Shown here one piece after another: positions 39,662 to 49,050 of a DNA stretch of 64,000 nt (within the stretch, counting starts at the first letter, position 1; every line of letters starts with the position of its first letter). The stretch spans positions 96,001 through 160,000 of the forward strand of contig CAVRCI010000003.1 of assembly GCA_963719495.1 (NCBI GenBank), given 5' to 3'. This DNA is from an uncultured Verrucomicrobiae bacterium (GTDB lineage: Bacteria; Verrucomicrobiota; Verrucomicrobiia; Chthoniobacterales; JAATET01). Below the pieces are notes generated by a model. That model was not told the DNA's origin. It ran no database searches and saw only the letters and a program-made list of their open reading frames with translations. Both the position numbers and the translations under genes were made by a program.

Positions 39662-39907
39662 ATGAAGACCAAGGTGGAATTCTACTCCGTCCTCCGCGAC
39701 ATCACCGGCTGTCAGGAGATCGAAGTCACCCTGCCCGAAGGCGCCACCATCGCCGTCCTCCTCGGCGGCCTCGTCACCCAATTCCCCAGATTGACCGAAT
39801 GGGACGGCAAACTCCTCCTCGCCGCCAACCTCGACTACGTCGACCGCACCCACCCCATCCAGCCCGGCGAAGTCATCTCCATCATGCCCCCCGTCCAAGG
39901 CGGGTGA
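39662..39907 (+). CDS. MoaD/ThiS family sulfur carrier
   Basis: 81 aa ending PPVQGG. Confidence 0.9.
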   Translation: MKTKVEFYSVLRDITGCQEIEVTLPEGATIAVLLGGLVTQFPRLTEWDGKLLLAANLDYVDRTHPIQPGEVISIMPPVQGG

Positions 39908-39912
39908 AATGG

Positions 39913-40024
39913 GTTTGAACAGAAGAGCGCAAAGTTCGCAAAGGGCTCGAGTCGGGCTTCGCCCGGCTCGAGCCCTTTGCGATTCCTTTCACCCCTTTGC
40001 GTCCTTCGCGACCTTCTGTTCAAA
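39913..40024. repeat. Long imperfect inverted repeat between convergent genes
   Basis: TTTGAACAGAAG...CGCAAAGGGCTCGAGTCGGGC TTC GCCCGGCTCGAGCCCTTTGCG...CTTCTGTTCAAA; its 3' end recurs at ~54005-54028. Confidence 0.75.
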
Positions 40025-40038
40025 ACCGTATTTGTATT

Positions 40039-41166
40039 TCACTCCGTCGTCGACATCCCCACCACGTCCCCCGCATACCCCGTCATTTCCAGATACCCCA
40101 CCCCGTCCCGGCTCCCGGTAGCCCGCACGCTCCCCTCCCAGTAGGAAACCGGCTGGAAAACCTGCTCTTGTCCGTCCAGCCGAGCCGCCACGCGTAGGTC
40201 CAATCCGACCTTCGGCACCGCCACCTTCCACTCCAGCGGATACGTCGCCCCCGTCTCCGGGCTCGTCCACTCCCGCCCGGCCTCGAGCGTGAATTCCCCG
40301 TCCGCGATCGGCACCGTCGACCCATCCGCCCGCACGAACGTCCCGCTCGAAAACTCATCCCGCCCACCCCCACGCTTCCGGATTTGAAACAGCATCAACT
40401 CCGTCCCGTCGTCGAACTGCAGACTGAACCAATCCCATCCCGTCTGATCCGCCCCCAACTGGTTCGTCGCCCACTCGTGGTCGAACCAACTCGTCCCCGT
40501 CACCGCAAACTCCTCACCCCCCACCGAAACCGTTCCTTCGGAGTCCAATCGCGTCAGCGAATAGTAATGCGAAGCCCGCCCCACCCCCGCCGCCTTCTGA
40601 CTCACCCCATCCGTCCCCTGAATCACCACCGCCTTCTCCGACCGGACCGTCAGCTCCAACCCTATCCCGTCGGCAGCCCCCACGATCCGAAACCCATCCC
40701 CGTCCGGCAACACGACCGCCTCACAACCTTCAACCCATGCCACCCGCCCCCCGTCCGCCGTCCCCGCCTCCCCGTAAGCCCCTCGCGACAAAATCTGCGC
40801 CCCCTGAAACCGCTCATCCGCCAGATCCGTCACCGAAAAATGAACGAAGTAGATGTCCCCCGCCACGAACCGCGACGCCGTCGCCACCCGCTCATCGGGC
40901 GGCGTAATCCCCTGACGAAAAAACGTCAGCTGATACCCAAACTCCCGCCCCGCATCCGACCGCAGATTCCCGGTAAAATACCACCACTCCGTCTTGAAGT
41001 CCGGATGGTCTCCATGATCCCGAGGAAACGAATACCCCCACCCCGGCAAAGCCACCGCCCACTCCCCCCGAGCCATCCCGCCCAGCAAAAGGAGCGAAGC
41101 GACCACCCAACAGAAGGCAGGGAAGCCGCGCCGCGGGTTCCCAAAAATCAGACGCAAACCGTTCAA
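40039..41166 (-). CDS. Lipocalin-like / CrtC-AttH family protein (start uncertain)
   Basis: FPRDHGDHPDFKTEWWYFTGNL, ASHYYS, WFDHEW, GWDWFSLQ, YWEG, GYLEMTGY. Confidence 0.88.
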   Translation of the reverse strand: MNGLRLIFGNPRRGFPAFCWVVASLLLLGGMARGEWAVALPGWGYSFPRDHGDHPDFKTEWWYFTGNLRSDAGREFGYQLTFFRQGITPPDERVATASRFVAGDIYFVHFSVTDLADERFQGAQILSRGAYGEAGTADGGRVAWVEGCEAVVLPDGDGFRIVGAADGIGLELTVRSEKAVVIQGTDGVSQKAAGVGRASHYYSLTRLDSEGTVSVGGEEFAVTGTSWFDHEWATNQLGADQTGWDWFSLQFDDGTELMLFQIRKRGGGRDEFSSGTFVRADGSTVPIADGEFTLEAGREWTSPETGATYPLEWKVAVPKVGLDLRVAARLDGQEQVFQPVSYWEGSVRATGSRDGVGYLEMTGYAGDVVGMSTTE

Positions 41167-41358
41167 ACCACCAACCCCCGACCGCTGAAAACCGCAAAAC
41201 CACCGTCACTCCAAAGCGTCCCCCAACCCAACCTGTCATATTGAGCCAAGCGAAATATCTCTGGCTTACACTCCATCCGATCATCAGCAAAGCCCCCCCG
41301 AACCACCATCATCCCTCACCCACCACGACCTTCGACCTTCAGACCTTCGACCTACTGC

Positions 41359-42198
41359 CTAATACAAAAACAAATCCTCCGGCGGATCCGTCCGGCTCAT
41401 CGAAACTGCCTCCACCACCGGGATCCTCTTCCCCCCGATCACCGGGAACCGCGCCGTCCCGATCACCTTCACCCAGGACATCTCCGCGGCCGTCAACCCT
41501 TCACCCGCCTTCACGTCCACCGCGATCGGACGCGCATCCGCCGCGCAGCACGACACCATCATCCGCACCAATTTCCCCTGCGCCCCCTCCACGCCCTCAC
41601 CCGGCATGAACTGACCCACCAGCTCCACCTCCCGATCCTTGAAATCCGGCAACATCGTCGGCTCCTGCGCCGCATAAAGCAGATCGATCAACTCCGCGAT
41701 GATCTGCCCATCCTCGTTCTTCGCCAAATACTCGCTCACGTCCGACGCCGGAGTCTCCGACATCGCCACCGACACCGTCGCCCCCTCGTCCTCACCCGGC
41801 AGAGCCAGCTCCGGCACCGACGAGGCCCGCCCCGGCAAGCTCGCCGACACGTCCGCAAAACCGCGGTTGAGAATCGTCGTCGCGCTGAACTCGCTCGGCG
41901 AATATTTGAAAGCCACCATCAGCGGCACCACCAGCACGAACGCCGCGAAGACGTGCCCCGGCAGCGACCGCGCCACCGAATTCGCGCACCCACTCAGGTC
42001 CTCCGCCCGCACGCTCGACGGCATGAACAACATCACCGTCGCCAACAGCAACAACACCCCGCCCGCAATCACCACGTAGGGACGGAAATTCGGCGCGAGG
42101 TAATTCTCGATCCGCCCCGTCCACCAGATGAACACCATCACCGTCCCCCAGATCGCGAGGACTCCAGTTGAAAGTAGACGGTGTGCGGTTTGATTCAT
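41359..42198 (-). CDS. YcgQ/DUF1980 (TIGR03943-like) membrane protein
   Basis: Three TMs, RMMVSCCAADARP, WVKVIG; ATGA overlap with the permease. Confidence 0.85.
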   Translation of the reverse strand: MNQTAHRLLSTGVLAIWGTVMVFIWWTGRIENYLAPNFRPYVVIAGGVLLLLATVMLFMPSSVRAEDLSGCANSVARSLPGHVFAAFVLVVPLMVAFKYSPSEFSATTILNRGFADVSASLPGRASSVPELALPGEDEGATVSVAMSETPASDVSEYLAKNEDGQIIAELIDLLYAAQEPTMLPDFKDREVELVGQFMPGEGVEGAQGKLVRMMVSCCAADARPIAVDVKAGEGLTAAEMSWVKVIGTARFPVIGGKRIPVVEAVSMSRTDPPEDLFLY

Positions 42199-43124
42199 GA
42201 GAAAACGACGGCCAGCCGGACGCAAATTAGACCCACGAGGAAGAAAAGGCCAACGACCATCCCGACCACAAACCGCTTCTTGAAAACCGAGGCGTAGATG
42301 AAGATCAACTTCACGTCCATCATCGGCCCAAACACCAAAAACGCCAACTTCGCCACCGCCGGAAACGACACGAACGTCGCCGCGATGAACGCGTCCGTCG
42401 TGCTGCACAGCGACAGGATCCCCGCCAGCCCCATCATCGAAAACGTCGCCGTCCCCGTGCTCGTCGCCAGCGGCAGAACGAACTCCTGATTCACCGCCGT
42501 GCTGAACGTCGCCGCCGCCGCGCAGCCGATGATGAAATACACCATCATGTCCATGAAATCGGCGACCATCACCTGCACCGCGCCCAGCAACCGGGTTCCG
42601 AACCCACCCCCCGGCCCACCCTCCAGACCCCGCGGCTGCGCGATCTCCGCCAGCACGTTCTTCCGCAGCACGTGCCGGATCGAAATGTTGTGCACCACCA
42701 TCCCCGCCAGCACCGCCACCCCGTAGCCCACCCCCAGCCGCAGCCCCGTCATCCACTCCGGAGCCTGACCCTTGAACGCCGCCCACGTGCTCAGCACCAC
42801 CACCACGTTCACGATCGGAGCCGACAGCATGTAGACAACCGCATTCGACACCGGCAGCCCCTTCGCCATCAACCGGCGGATCACCGGCACCACCCCGCAC
42901 TCGCACATCGGAAAAACGAACCCCAACAACCCACTCACCGCCGCCCCCGCGTAAGCATTCCGCGGCAGCAACCGCGTCATCACCCGCGCCGGCAGAAACT
43001 GATCGATCAACCCGGAAACGATCGTCCCCAGCAACAAAAACGGCGCGCCCTCGAGCAGAATGCTCAGAAACGCGAAACTGAAATCCGGAAAGCTGAAATT
43101 AAACCACCCGATCCCGTCACTCAT
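42195..43124 (-). CDS. YcgR/DUF318 (ArsP-type) permease
   Basis: EGAPFLLLG, PMCECGVVP, LSLCSTTDAFIA, FGPMMDVK. Confidence 0.9.
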   Translation of the reverse strand: MSDGIGWFNFSFPDFSFAFLSILLEGAPFLLLGTIVSGLIDQFLPARVMTRLLPRNAYAGAAVSGLLGFVFPMCECGVVPVIRRLMAKGLPVSNAVVYMLSAPIVNVVVVLSTWAAFKGQAPEWMTGLRLGVGYGVAVLAGMVVHNISIRHVLRKNVLAEIAQPRGLEGGPGGGFGTRLLGAVQVMVADFMDMMVYFIIGCAAAATFSTAVNQEFVLPLATSTGTATFSMMGLAGILSLCSTTDAFIAATFVSFPAVAKLAFLVFGPMMDVKLIFIYASVFKKRFVVGMVVGLFFLVGLICVRLAVVFS

Positions 43125-43168
43125 CCGCCGACAGCAATACCCGAAACCGTTCGAACGTCAAATGCGTT

Positions 43169-43217
43169 GGGGAACGCACGCGTCCCCGCGTGCGAGCGAC
43201 GGCGTCCTCGCCGCCGC
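43169..43217 (+). repeat. Two-hairpin REP-like element
   Basis: GGGGAAC-GCACGCG TCCC CGCGTGC-GA-GCGACGGCG TCCT CGCCGCCGC. Confidence 0.75.
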
Positions 43218-43255
43218 GACCCCGGCAATGCGCCAGCGAGCCGAATCCAACCCAG

Positions 43256-43876
43256 TCAACCCAACCCAGCCGAACCTTCCGGCGCATAGACCAAATAAGT
43301 CATCCCATCCCGACTCCAAGCCGTCCGGTCCCAGTCCCCAATCCGAGCCAATTGCCGTCCCGACCCCGGCGGATCCGAAAACGCATCACTCGGCATCACG
43401 ATCAAATGAGCCAACCGCCCATCCTCCAGCCGAAAGCAAACCAACGTTCCCTTCCATCCGCGCCACTCCAGCTCGCGGCAACCAAACGGCTCCAGCCCAT
43501 CGAGACTCGCCGGCACCACCAACGCCCGCCCATCGAAGTGTGCCGCGTACCATTTCTGAATCTCCGCAAGATCACCCGTCTGCTTCGCCAGCGCAAAATC
43601 CGAATCAAAAAACGCCGCCCAATCCGCGCTCGCCGCCCGCAGTGAACCGGCCTCCGAGCCACCACCCACCGACCAAGTCACCACACCCAACAAGACCAAC
43701 GCCAAAGCCAGCACCGCCGCCAACGGCAGCACGGCGTATCTCCACCCCCGCCGCGCAACGGCACCGGGCCCCTCCCGTAGGCAGCGCTCGCGCAGATCCG
43801 TCGGCGCGGCAATTTCCGCGAGCTTCCCCGCGATCACCTCGTCGAACGGATCCTCGTATTTCGAATCAATCTTCAC
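43256..43876 (-). CDS. Putative anti-sigma factor
   Basis: Overlaps the ECF sigma 3' end; short cytoplasmic part, one TM, periplasmic GCR..W....TLVCF domain. Confidence 0.7.
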   Translation of the reverse strand: MKIDSKYEDPFDEVIAGKLAEIAAPTDLRERCLREGPGAVARRGWRYAVLPLAAVLALALVLLGVVTWSVGGGSEAGSLRAASADWAAFFDSDFALAKQTGDLAEIQKWYAAHFDGRALVVPASLDGLEPFGCRELEWRGWKGTLVCFRLEDGRLAHLIVMPSDAFSDPPGSGRQLARIGDWDRTAWSRDGMTYLVYAPEGSAGLG

Positions 43877-44345
43877 TTAGTCGTTTTCGTAGTTGCGCCT
43901 TACCCCGGGAAAGCCGCGACATCACCGTGCCCATCGGGATTTCCAAAATCTCCGCGATCTCCGCGTAACTCGTTCCGCGCAAATAGAAGAGCGTCAGCGG
44001 CTCCCGATATTCCACCGGAAGGTCATTTAAAATGCGCATCACCGTCCCCGCGTCCACCGCATCCGCCTGCGCCGGATCGCAAGCCCCCTCCGACGCTCCC
44101 TCCTCGAGCGGCTCGTCGCTGTAGCGATTCCCCTTCCGAACCGTCCCCAAAAATTCCCGCCGCAGCGTCGTGAACAACCACGTCTTCACCTTCGACTCGT
44201 CCCGCAGTTGATGCCCCTTCCGCGCCCAAAGCGAAAACGTCTGCTGCACCAGATCGCAAGCATCCCCCTCGTTCTTCGCCAGACTCAACGCAAACCGAAA
44301 AAGCGGCTGATAAAATTCCTCAACCAGCTGATCGAAATCCAACAT
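43866..44345 (-). CDS. ECF RNA polymerase sigma factor
   Basis: DLVQQTF, KTWLFTTL, SYAEIAEILEIPMGTVMSRLSRGK. Confidence 0.95.
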   Translation of the reverse strand: MLDFDQLVEEFYQPLFRFALSLAKNEGDACDLVQQTFSLWARKGHQLRDESKVKTWLFTTLRREFLGTVRKGNRYSDEPLEEGASEGACDPAQADAVDAGTVMRILNDLPVEYREPLTLFYLRGTSYAEIAEILEIPMGTVMSRLSRGKAQLRKRLSED

Positions 44346-44405
44346 GCCCGGGGGTTGTTCTAGCGGCCCGGGTCGGTGATTACCATCGTTTCTGTGCCTG
44401 CCAAA

Positions 44406-44555
44406 AGTGATCGGTGACTGGTGAATGGTGAATGGTGGAGATGCAATTCAAGGAGCGGCGGGTTGACTTCGTCGGTCTCCGCTTCGCTCCGGCTCCAGCC
44501 GCCGAAGTCCGAAGCCCCACCATTCACCCTTCACCATTCACCATTCACCATTCAC
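44406..44555. repeat. Element with inverted heptamer-repeat arms
   Basis: Left (NNGGTGA)n 44406-44438; right (CCATTCA)n 44520-44555. Confidence 0.75.
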
Positions 44556-44583
44556 GCCCCCTCCGCGCCCCGACGCCTCCGAC

Positions 44584-45879
44584 TCACGCCACCGCCTCAG
44601 CGTCACACCCACGCCGCCTCTCCAAGCCACCAATCACCGCCGCCCCGCACGAATCGCTGAACACATTCACCGCCGTCCGAGCCATGTCCAGCACCCGGTC
44701 CACCGCCAGAATCAGCCCAATCGCCTCCATCGGCAGCCCAATCGCCCCCAGAATGATCACGATCGCCACTAAACTCGCCGCCGGCACCCCCGCCACCCCG
44801 ATCGACGTCGCCAGCGCCAGAAAAACCACGAGAAACTGAGTTCCAAACGTCATCTCGATCCCGTAAATCTGCGCGATAAACATCGCCGCCACGCACTCGT
44901 AAAGCGCCGTCCCGTCCATGTTGATCGTCGCCCCCAACGGCACGACGAAGCTGTTCACCTTCTTCGGATTGTAATCGTTGCTCCCCAGGCAATCCAACGA
45001 CACCGGCACCGTCGAACTCGAACTCGCCGTCGAAAACGCCGTCAGCAGCGCCGGCATCATCACGCGAAAATGCGCCACCGGACTCCGACCCCAAACCTTC
45101 AGCAGAATCGGCAGCGTCACGAACAAATGAATCCCCAGCGCCGCCACCACCGTGAAGAAAAACGTGATCACCGGCCCCAGCGCGTCGAACCCCGTCTCCG
45201 ACACCGTCGCCGCCACCAGCCCAAACACCCCGATCGGCGCAAAGAGAATCACCCAATCCGTCATCGACAGCATCACCGCGTAAGCGCTCTCCCACCAACC
45301 CAGGAAGCTCGTCCGCGGCCCCGCGTCCAATTTCGTGATGAAATACCCGAACAACACCGCGAAAAAAATGATCGCCAGCATGTCGGAGTTGTTCCCCAGC
45401 GACGCAAAGATGTTCTTCGGAATCATCCGCTCGAAGACCTCCGCCAGCACCGATCCCGACGTCGTATCCGCCGAAACCTTCGCCTCCACTTCCGCCCGCG
45501 ATTCGCCCAGCGAAGCGATCATCCGCTCCGACACTTCCGGCGCCACCCGCCCCGGCCCCACCACGTTCACCACCAGCAAGCCCACGCTCACCGCCAACGC
45601 CGTCGTCAGGACGTAATACCCCGCCGTCCGCAGCCCCAACCGCCCAAAAGCATTCTCCTCACCCAGCCGCGCGATCGCCGAAATGATCGAAGTCGCGATC
45701 AACGGAACCACCAGCATCTGCAGCAGCTTCAGAAACAACCGCCCGATGTAGGCGCAAACGCCCGCCACGTCGACGCCACCGACCACGCCACCCTCCGGCA
45801 ACGCGATTCCCACCGCGAACGCCAGCGCCATCGCGATCAGAATCTGCCAGTGCAACTTCAATCGAAAAATCCCCGCCAT
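44584..45879 (-). CDS. Dicarboxylate/amino acid:cation symporter (GltP/DAACS family)
   Basis: AFSTASSSST, PLGATINMDGTALY, GVAGVP, DRVLDMARTAVNVFSD. Confidence 0.95.
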   Translation of the reverse strand: MAGIFRLKLHWQILIAMALAFAVGIALPEGGVVGGVDVAGVCAYIGRLFLKLLQMLVVPLIATSIISAIARLGEENAFGRLGLRTAGYYVLTTALAVSVGLLVVNVVGPGRVAPEVSERMIASLGESRAEVEAKVSADTTSGSVLAEVFERMIPKNIFASLGNNSDMLAIIFFAVLFGYFITKLDAGPRTSFLGWWESAYAVMLSMTDWVILFAPIGVFGLVAATVSETGFDALGPVITFFFTVVAALGIHLFVTLPILLKVWGRSPVAHFRVMMPALLTAFSTASSSSTVPVSLDCLGSNDYNPKKVNSFVVPLGATINMDGTALYECVAAMFIAQIYGIEMTFGTQFLVVFLALATSIGVAGVPAASLVAIVIILGAIGLPMEAIGLILAVDRVLDMARTAVNVFSDSCGAAVIGGLERRRGCDAEAVA

Positions 45880-45988
45880 GACCCGACCCTGCCAGCCCTC
45901 CGCGAAGTAGCGCAAGCATCCTGCTCGCAAGCCGCTCACTTCATTTCTCATTTCTCATTCCGCATTTCCCATTAATCTCATCCCGCCA

Positions 45989-46960
45989 ATGGACACCCTC
46001 GCCAGCGCCCGCCGCGTCTTCGACATCGAGATCGAAGGACTCCAGGCCGTCTCCGCCCGGCTCGACTGCAATTTCGCCCGCGCCGTCGACACTCTCCTCG
46101 CCACAGTTACGGCCCGCGGAAAAATCGTTGTCGTCGGCGTTGGGAAATCCGGCCACGTCGGTGACAAAATCGCCGCCACCCTCACCAGCACCGGCTGCCC
46201 CGCCGTCGTCCTCAATTCCCTCAACGCCCTCCACGGCGATCTCGGCATCGTTTCCGACGGCGACACGATCCTCGCCCTCAGCGCCAGCGGCGAGACCGAG
46301 GAACTCACGAATCTCCTCCCCGCCCTCGCCCGCTTCGACGTCGCCCTCATCGCCCTCACCGGCGCGCCCGCCTCCTCCCTCGGCCGAGCCGCCACCCTCG
46401 TCCTCGACGTCGCCGTCCCCCGCGAAGCCTGCCCGCTCAACCTCGCCCCCACCTCCAGCACCACCGCCATGCTCGCCCTCGGCGACGCCCTCGCCATGGT
46501 CCTCCTCGAAGCCCGCGGCTTCGACAAGGACGACTTCGCGAAGTTCCACCCCGGCGGCAGCATCGGTCGCGCCCTCCTCCTCGGCGTCACCGAAATCATG
46601 CGCCCGCCCGAAAAACTCGCCCTCGTCACCCCCGCCACCACCATCCGCGAAGCGATCCAAACGATGACCGCCCACCGAGCCGGAGCCGCCGTCGTCACCA
46701 CCGCCTCCGGTCACCTCGCCGGCATCTTCACCCACGGCGACTTCGCCCGCCACTACGGCGAAGACCCCAACGTCGGCACCCGCCCCATCGCCGACCTCAT
46801 GACCCGCAACCCCATCACCATCTCCGCCACCCAGCTGGCCGCCGAAGTCCTCCAAGTCCTCCAAACCCACCGAATCGACGACCTCGTCGTCATCGACGAA
46901 GCGGGAAAACCCATCGGTATGGTTGACTCCCAGGACCTCTCGCGCCAAAAACTCCTCTAA
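45989..46960 (+). CDS. kdsD: KpsF/GutQ arabinose-5-phosphate isomerase (SIS + 2 CBS)
   Basis: GVGKSGHV, ALHGDLG, EACPLNLAPTSST, FHPGGSIG. Confidence 0.94.
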   Translation: MDTLASARRVFDIEIEGLQAVSARLDCNFARAVDTLLATVTARGKIVVVGVGKSGHVGDKIAATLTSTGCPAVVLNSLNALHGDLGIVSDGDTILALSASGETEELTNLLPALARFDVALIALTGAPASSLGRAATLVLDVAVPREACPLNLAPTSSTTAMLALGDALAMVLLEARGFDKDDFAKFHPGGSIGRALLLGVTEIMRPPEKLALVTPATTIREAIQTMTAHRAGAAVVTTASGHLAGIFTHGDFARHYGEDPNVGTRPIADLMTRNPITISATQLAAEVLQVLQTHRIDDLVVIDEAGKPIGMVDSQDLSRQKLL

Positions 46961-47002
46961 TCCCCTTAAAACTTAATTCTTAAAAACTTAAAACTTCCCC
47001 AA

Positions 47003-47560
47003 ATGCCTCTCGCCAACGATCTCCGCAAAGGAATGGCCGTCCGTTACAACAACAACGACGCCATCGTCCTCGACGTCCAGCACCGCACCCCCGGCAACCT
47101 CCGCGCCTTCGTGCAGGTCATCATCCGCTACATCGGCACCGGGAAATCCGCCGACGTCCGCTTCTCCTCCACCGAGAAAGTCGACGTCGTCGAGACCAAC
47201 CGCCAGACCCTCGAGTTCAGCTACAACGACCCGACCGGCTGGCATTTCATGGACCCCGACACCTTCGAAACCATCACGCTCAACGAAGAGCTCATCATGG
47301 ACGCCAAGGAATACCTGGTGGAGAACCTCAAGGTCGACGTCCTCTCCGTCGAAGGCCGCCCCGTCCAGGTCGACCTCCCCACCACCATCGAGATGCGCGT
47401 CACCGAGAGCGCCGACGGCATCAAAGGCGACAGCGCCAACAACGTCCAGAAGCCCGCAACGTTGGAGACCGGCAAGATCATCAACGTCCCCCTCTTCATC
47501 AAAGAAGGCGAAGTCATCAAAGTCAGCACCGCCGACGGCACCTACCTCGGCCGAGCCTGA
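47003..47560 (+). CDS. efp: Elongation factor P
   Basis: DLRKG, FMDPDTFE, KPATLETG, VPLFIKEGE, YLGRA; tip loop TPGNLR. Confidence 0.97.
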   Translation: MPLANDLRKGMAVRYNNNDAIVLDVQHRTPGNLRAFVQVIIRYIGTGKSADVRFSSTEKVDVVETNRQTLEFSYNDPTGWHFMDPDTFETITLNEELIMDAKEYLVENLKVDVLSVEGRPVQVDLPTTIEMRVTESADGIKGDSANNVQKPATLETGKIINVPLFIKEGEVIKVSTADGTYLGRA

Positions 47561-47569
47561 TCGTCAGCA

Positions 47570-47696
47570 CGCACCCTCCTCCACGCGCTGGGGAGCGCAC
47601 ATCCATAGCCTGCCCAAACGAATGAGTGCCGCCCCCTCCTCCAAGCGCTGGGGAGCGCACGCGTCCCGCGTGCGAGATGCGGCGTCCCGCCGCATC
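47570..47696 (+). repeat. REP-like element (47650-47696) preceded by a partial tandem copy
   Basis: CCCTCCTCCA(C/A)GCGCTGGGGAGCGCAC twice, 60 bp apart; the second continues GCG TCC CGCGTGC-GA-GATGCGGCG TCC CGCCGCATC. Confidence 0.75.
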
Positions 47697-47842
47697 ACGC
47701 TGGCAATTCGAGCGAAGCGAGAGAGCCCAAACTCCCCCCTTGACCCCCCACCCCACCCCCCACTAACTTCTTCCCCCCGCTTCGAGAGGCACCCCAAGCC
47801 ATCGCTTGGATCGGAAATCCGTCACCGCTCCGACCGCCTCCG

Positions 47843-49009
47843 ATGCCCACCGAACTCGCCTACGTCCTCGTCACGCCCTACTCGATTCGTAAATCGCGCA
47901 CCGGCGGCATCGTTTCTCGCCTCCTCTCCCGCTCCGGCCTCGAACTCGTCGCCGGCCGCATGTTCGCCCCCAGCGCCGAGCTCGTCGCCGAATACGCCGA
48001 GTCCATCGTCACCGAGACCGACGAGCGCCACCGCCGCACCCAGGAGCTCATCCGCTCCTACGTCCTCAAAAACTTCGCGCCGAACGCCGAAGGCAAGCGC
48101 CGCCGCGTCCTCATGCTCGTCCTCCGCGGCGAAAACGCCGTCGAAACCGTTCGCACCATCACCGGCCACATCGCCCACCCCCGCACCGCCGGCGAGACCA
48201 TCCGCGACACCTACGGCGACTACGTCACCGACGGCGAAGACGTCGTCTACTTCGAACCCGCCGCCCTCGCCGCGCCAAACTCCGCCACCGCCGCCGCGAA
48301 CCTCCGACTCTGGGCCGCCCACTCCGACACCGACGGCGGTATCCTCGACGACATCGTCCCCTACCCCGCCGACGCCACCGTCGAAAAAACGCTCGTCCTG
48401 ATCAAACCCGACAACTTCCGTTTCCCCAACGCCCGCCCCGGTGCCGTCATCGACACCTTTTCCAAGACCGGCCTCTCCATCATCGGCTTCAAGGTCCACC
48501 ACCTCAGCCTCGCGGAAGCCGAGCAATTCTACGGCCCCGTCCTCGCCGTCCTCGAGGAGGTCTTCAAGGAAACCACCGCCCGCCGCGTCCGCCTCGCCGC
48601 CGAAGAGGAACTCAACCTCCCCCTCGACGAAGCCACCGAATCCCAACTCGGCGAGATGCTCGGCCCCATCGCCGGCCGCGCCCACTGGGAATCCCTCGTC
48701 CAGTTCATGACCGGACACCGCCCGTCCCAGACCCCCACCGACCGCCGCGACCTTCCGGGTAGCGAAAAGTGCGTCGCCCTCATCTACCAAGGCGTCGACG
48801 CCGTCGCGAAGATCCGCCAAGTCCTCGGACCCACCGACCCGTCCAAGGCCCCGTCCGGCACGATCCGCCGCGAATTCGGCTCGACCATGATGATCAACGC
48901 CGCCCACGCCTCCGACTCCGTCGACAACGCCGCCCGCGAAATGGCCATCCTCGGCCTCGACCGCAATCATTTCAAACCTCTCATTGAATCCCACTTCGGC
49001 TCCCGGTAG
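47843..49009 (+). CDS. ndk: Nucleoside-diphosphate kinase, two-domain form
   Basis: EKTLVLIKPD, LGPTDPSKAPSGTIRREFG, NAAHASDS; N-terminal NDK-like domain with TIRDTYG. Confidence 0.88.
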   Translation: MPTELAYVLVTPYSIRKSRTGGIVSRLLSRSGLELVAGRMFAPSAELVAEYAESIVTETDERHRRTQELIRSYVLKNFAPNAEGKRRRVLMLVLRGENAVETVRTITGHIAHPRTAGETIRDTYGDYVTDGEDVVYFEPAALAAPNSATAAANLRLWAAHSDTDGGILDDIVPYPADATVEKTLVLIKPDNFRFPNARPGAVIDTFSKTGLSIIGFKVHHLSLAEAEQFYGPVLAVLEEVFKETTARRVRLAAEEELNLPLDEATESQLGEMLGPIAGRAHWESLVQFMTGHRPSQTPTDRRDLPGSEKCVALIYQGVDAVAKIRQVLGPTDPSKAPSGTIRREFGSTMMINAAHASDSVDNAAREMAILGLDRNHFKPLIESHFGSR

Positions 49010-49050
49010 CCTCCACCACTCGACTTTCTAACGACCACCAACAAAACATC

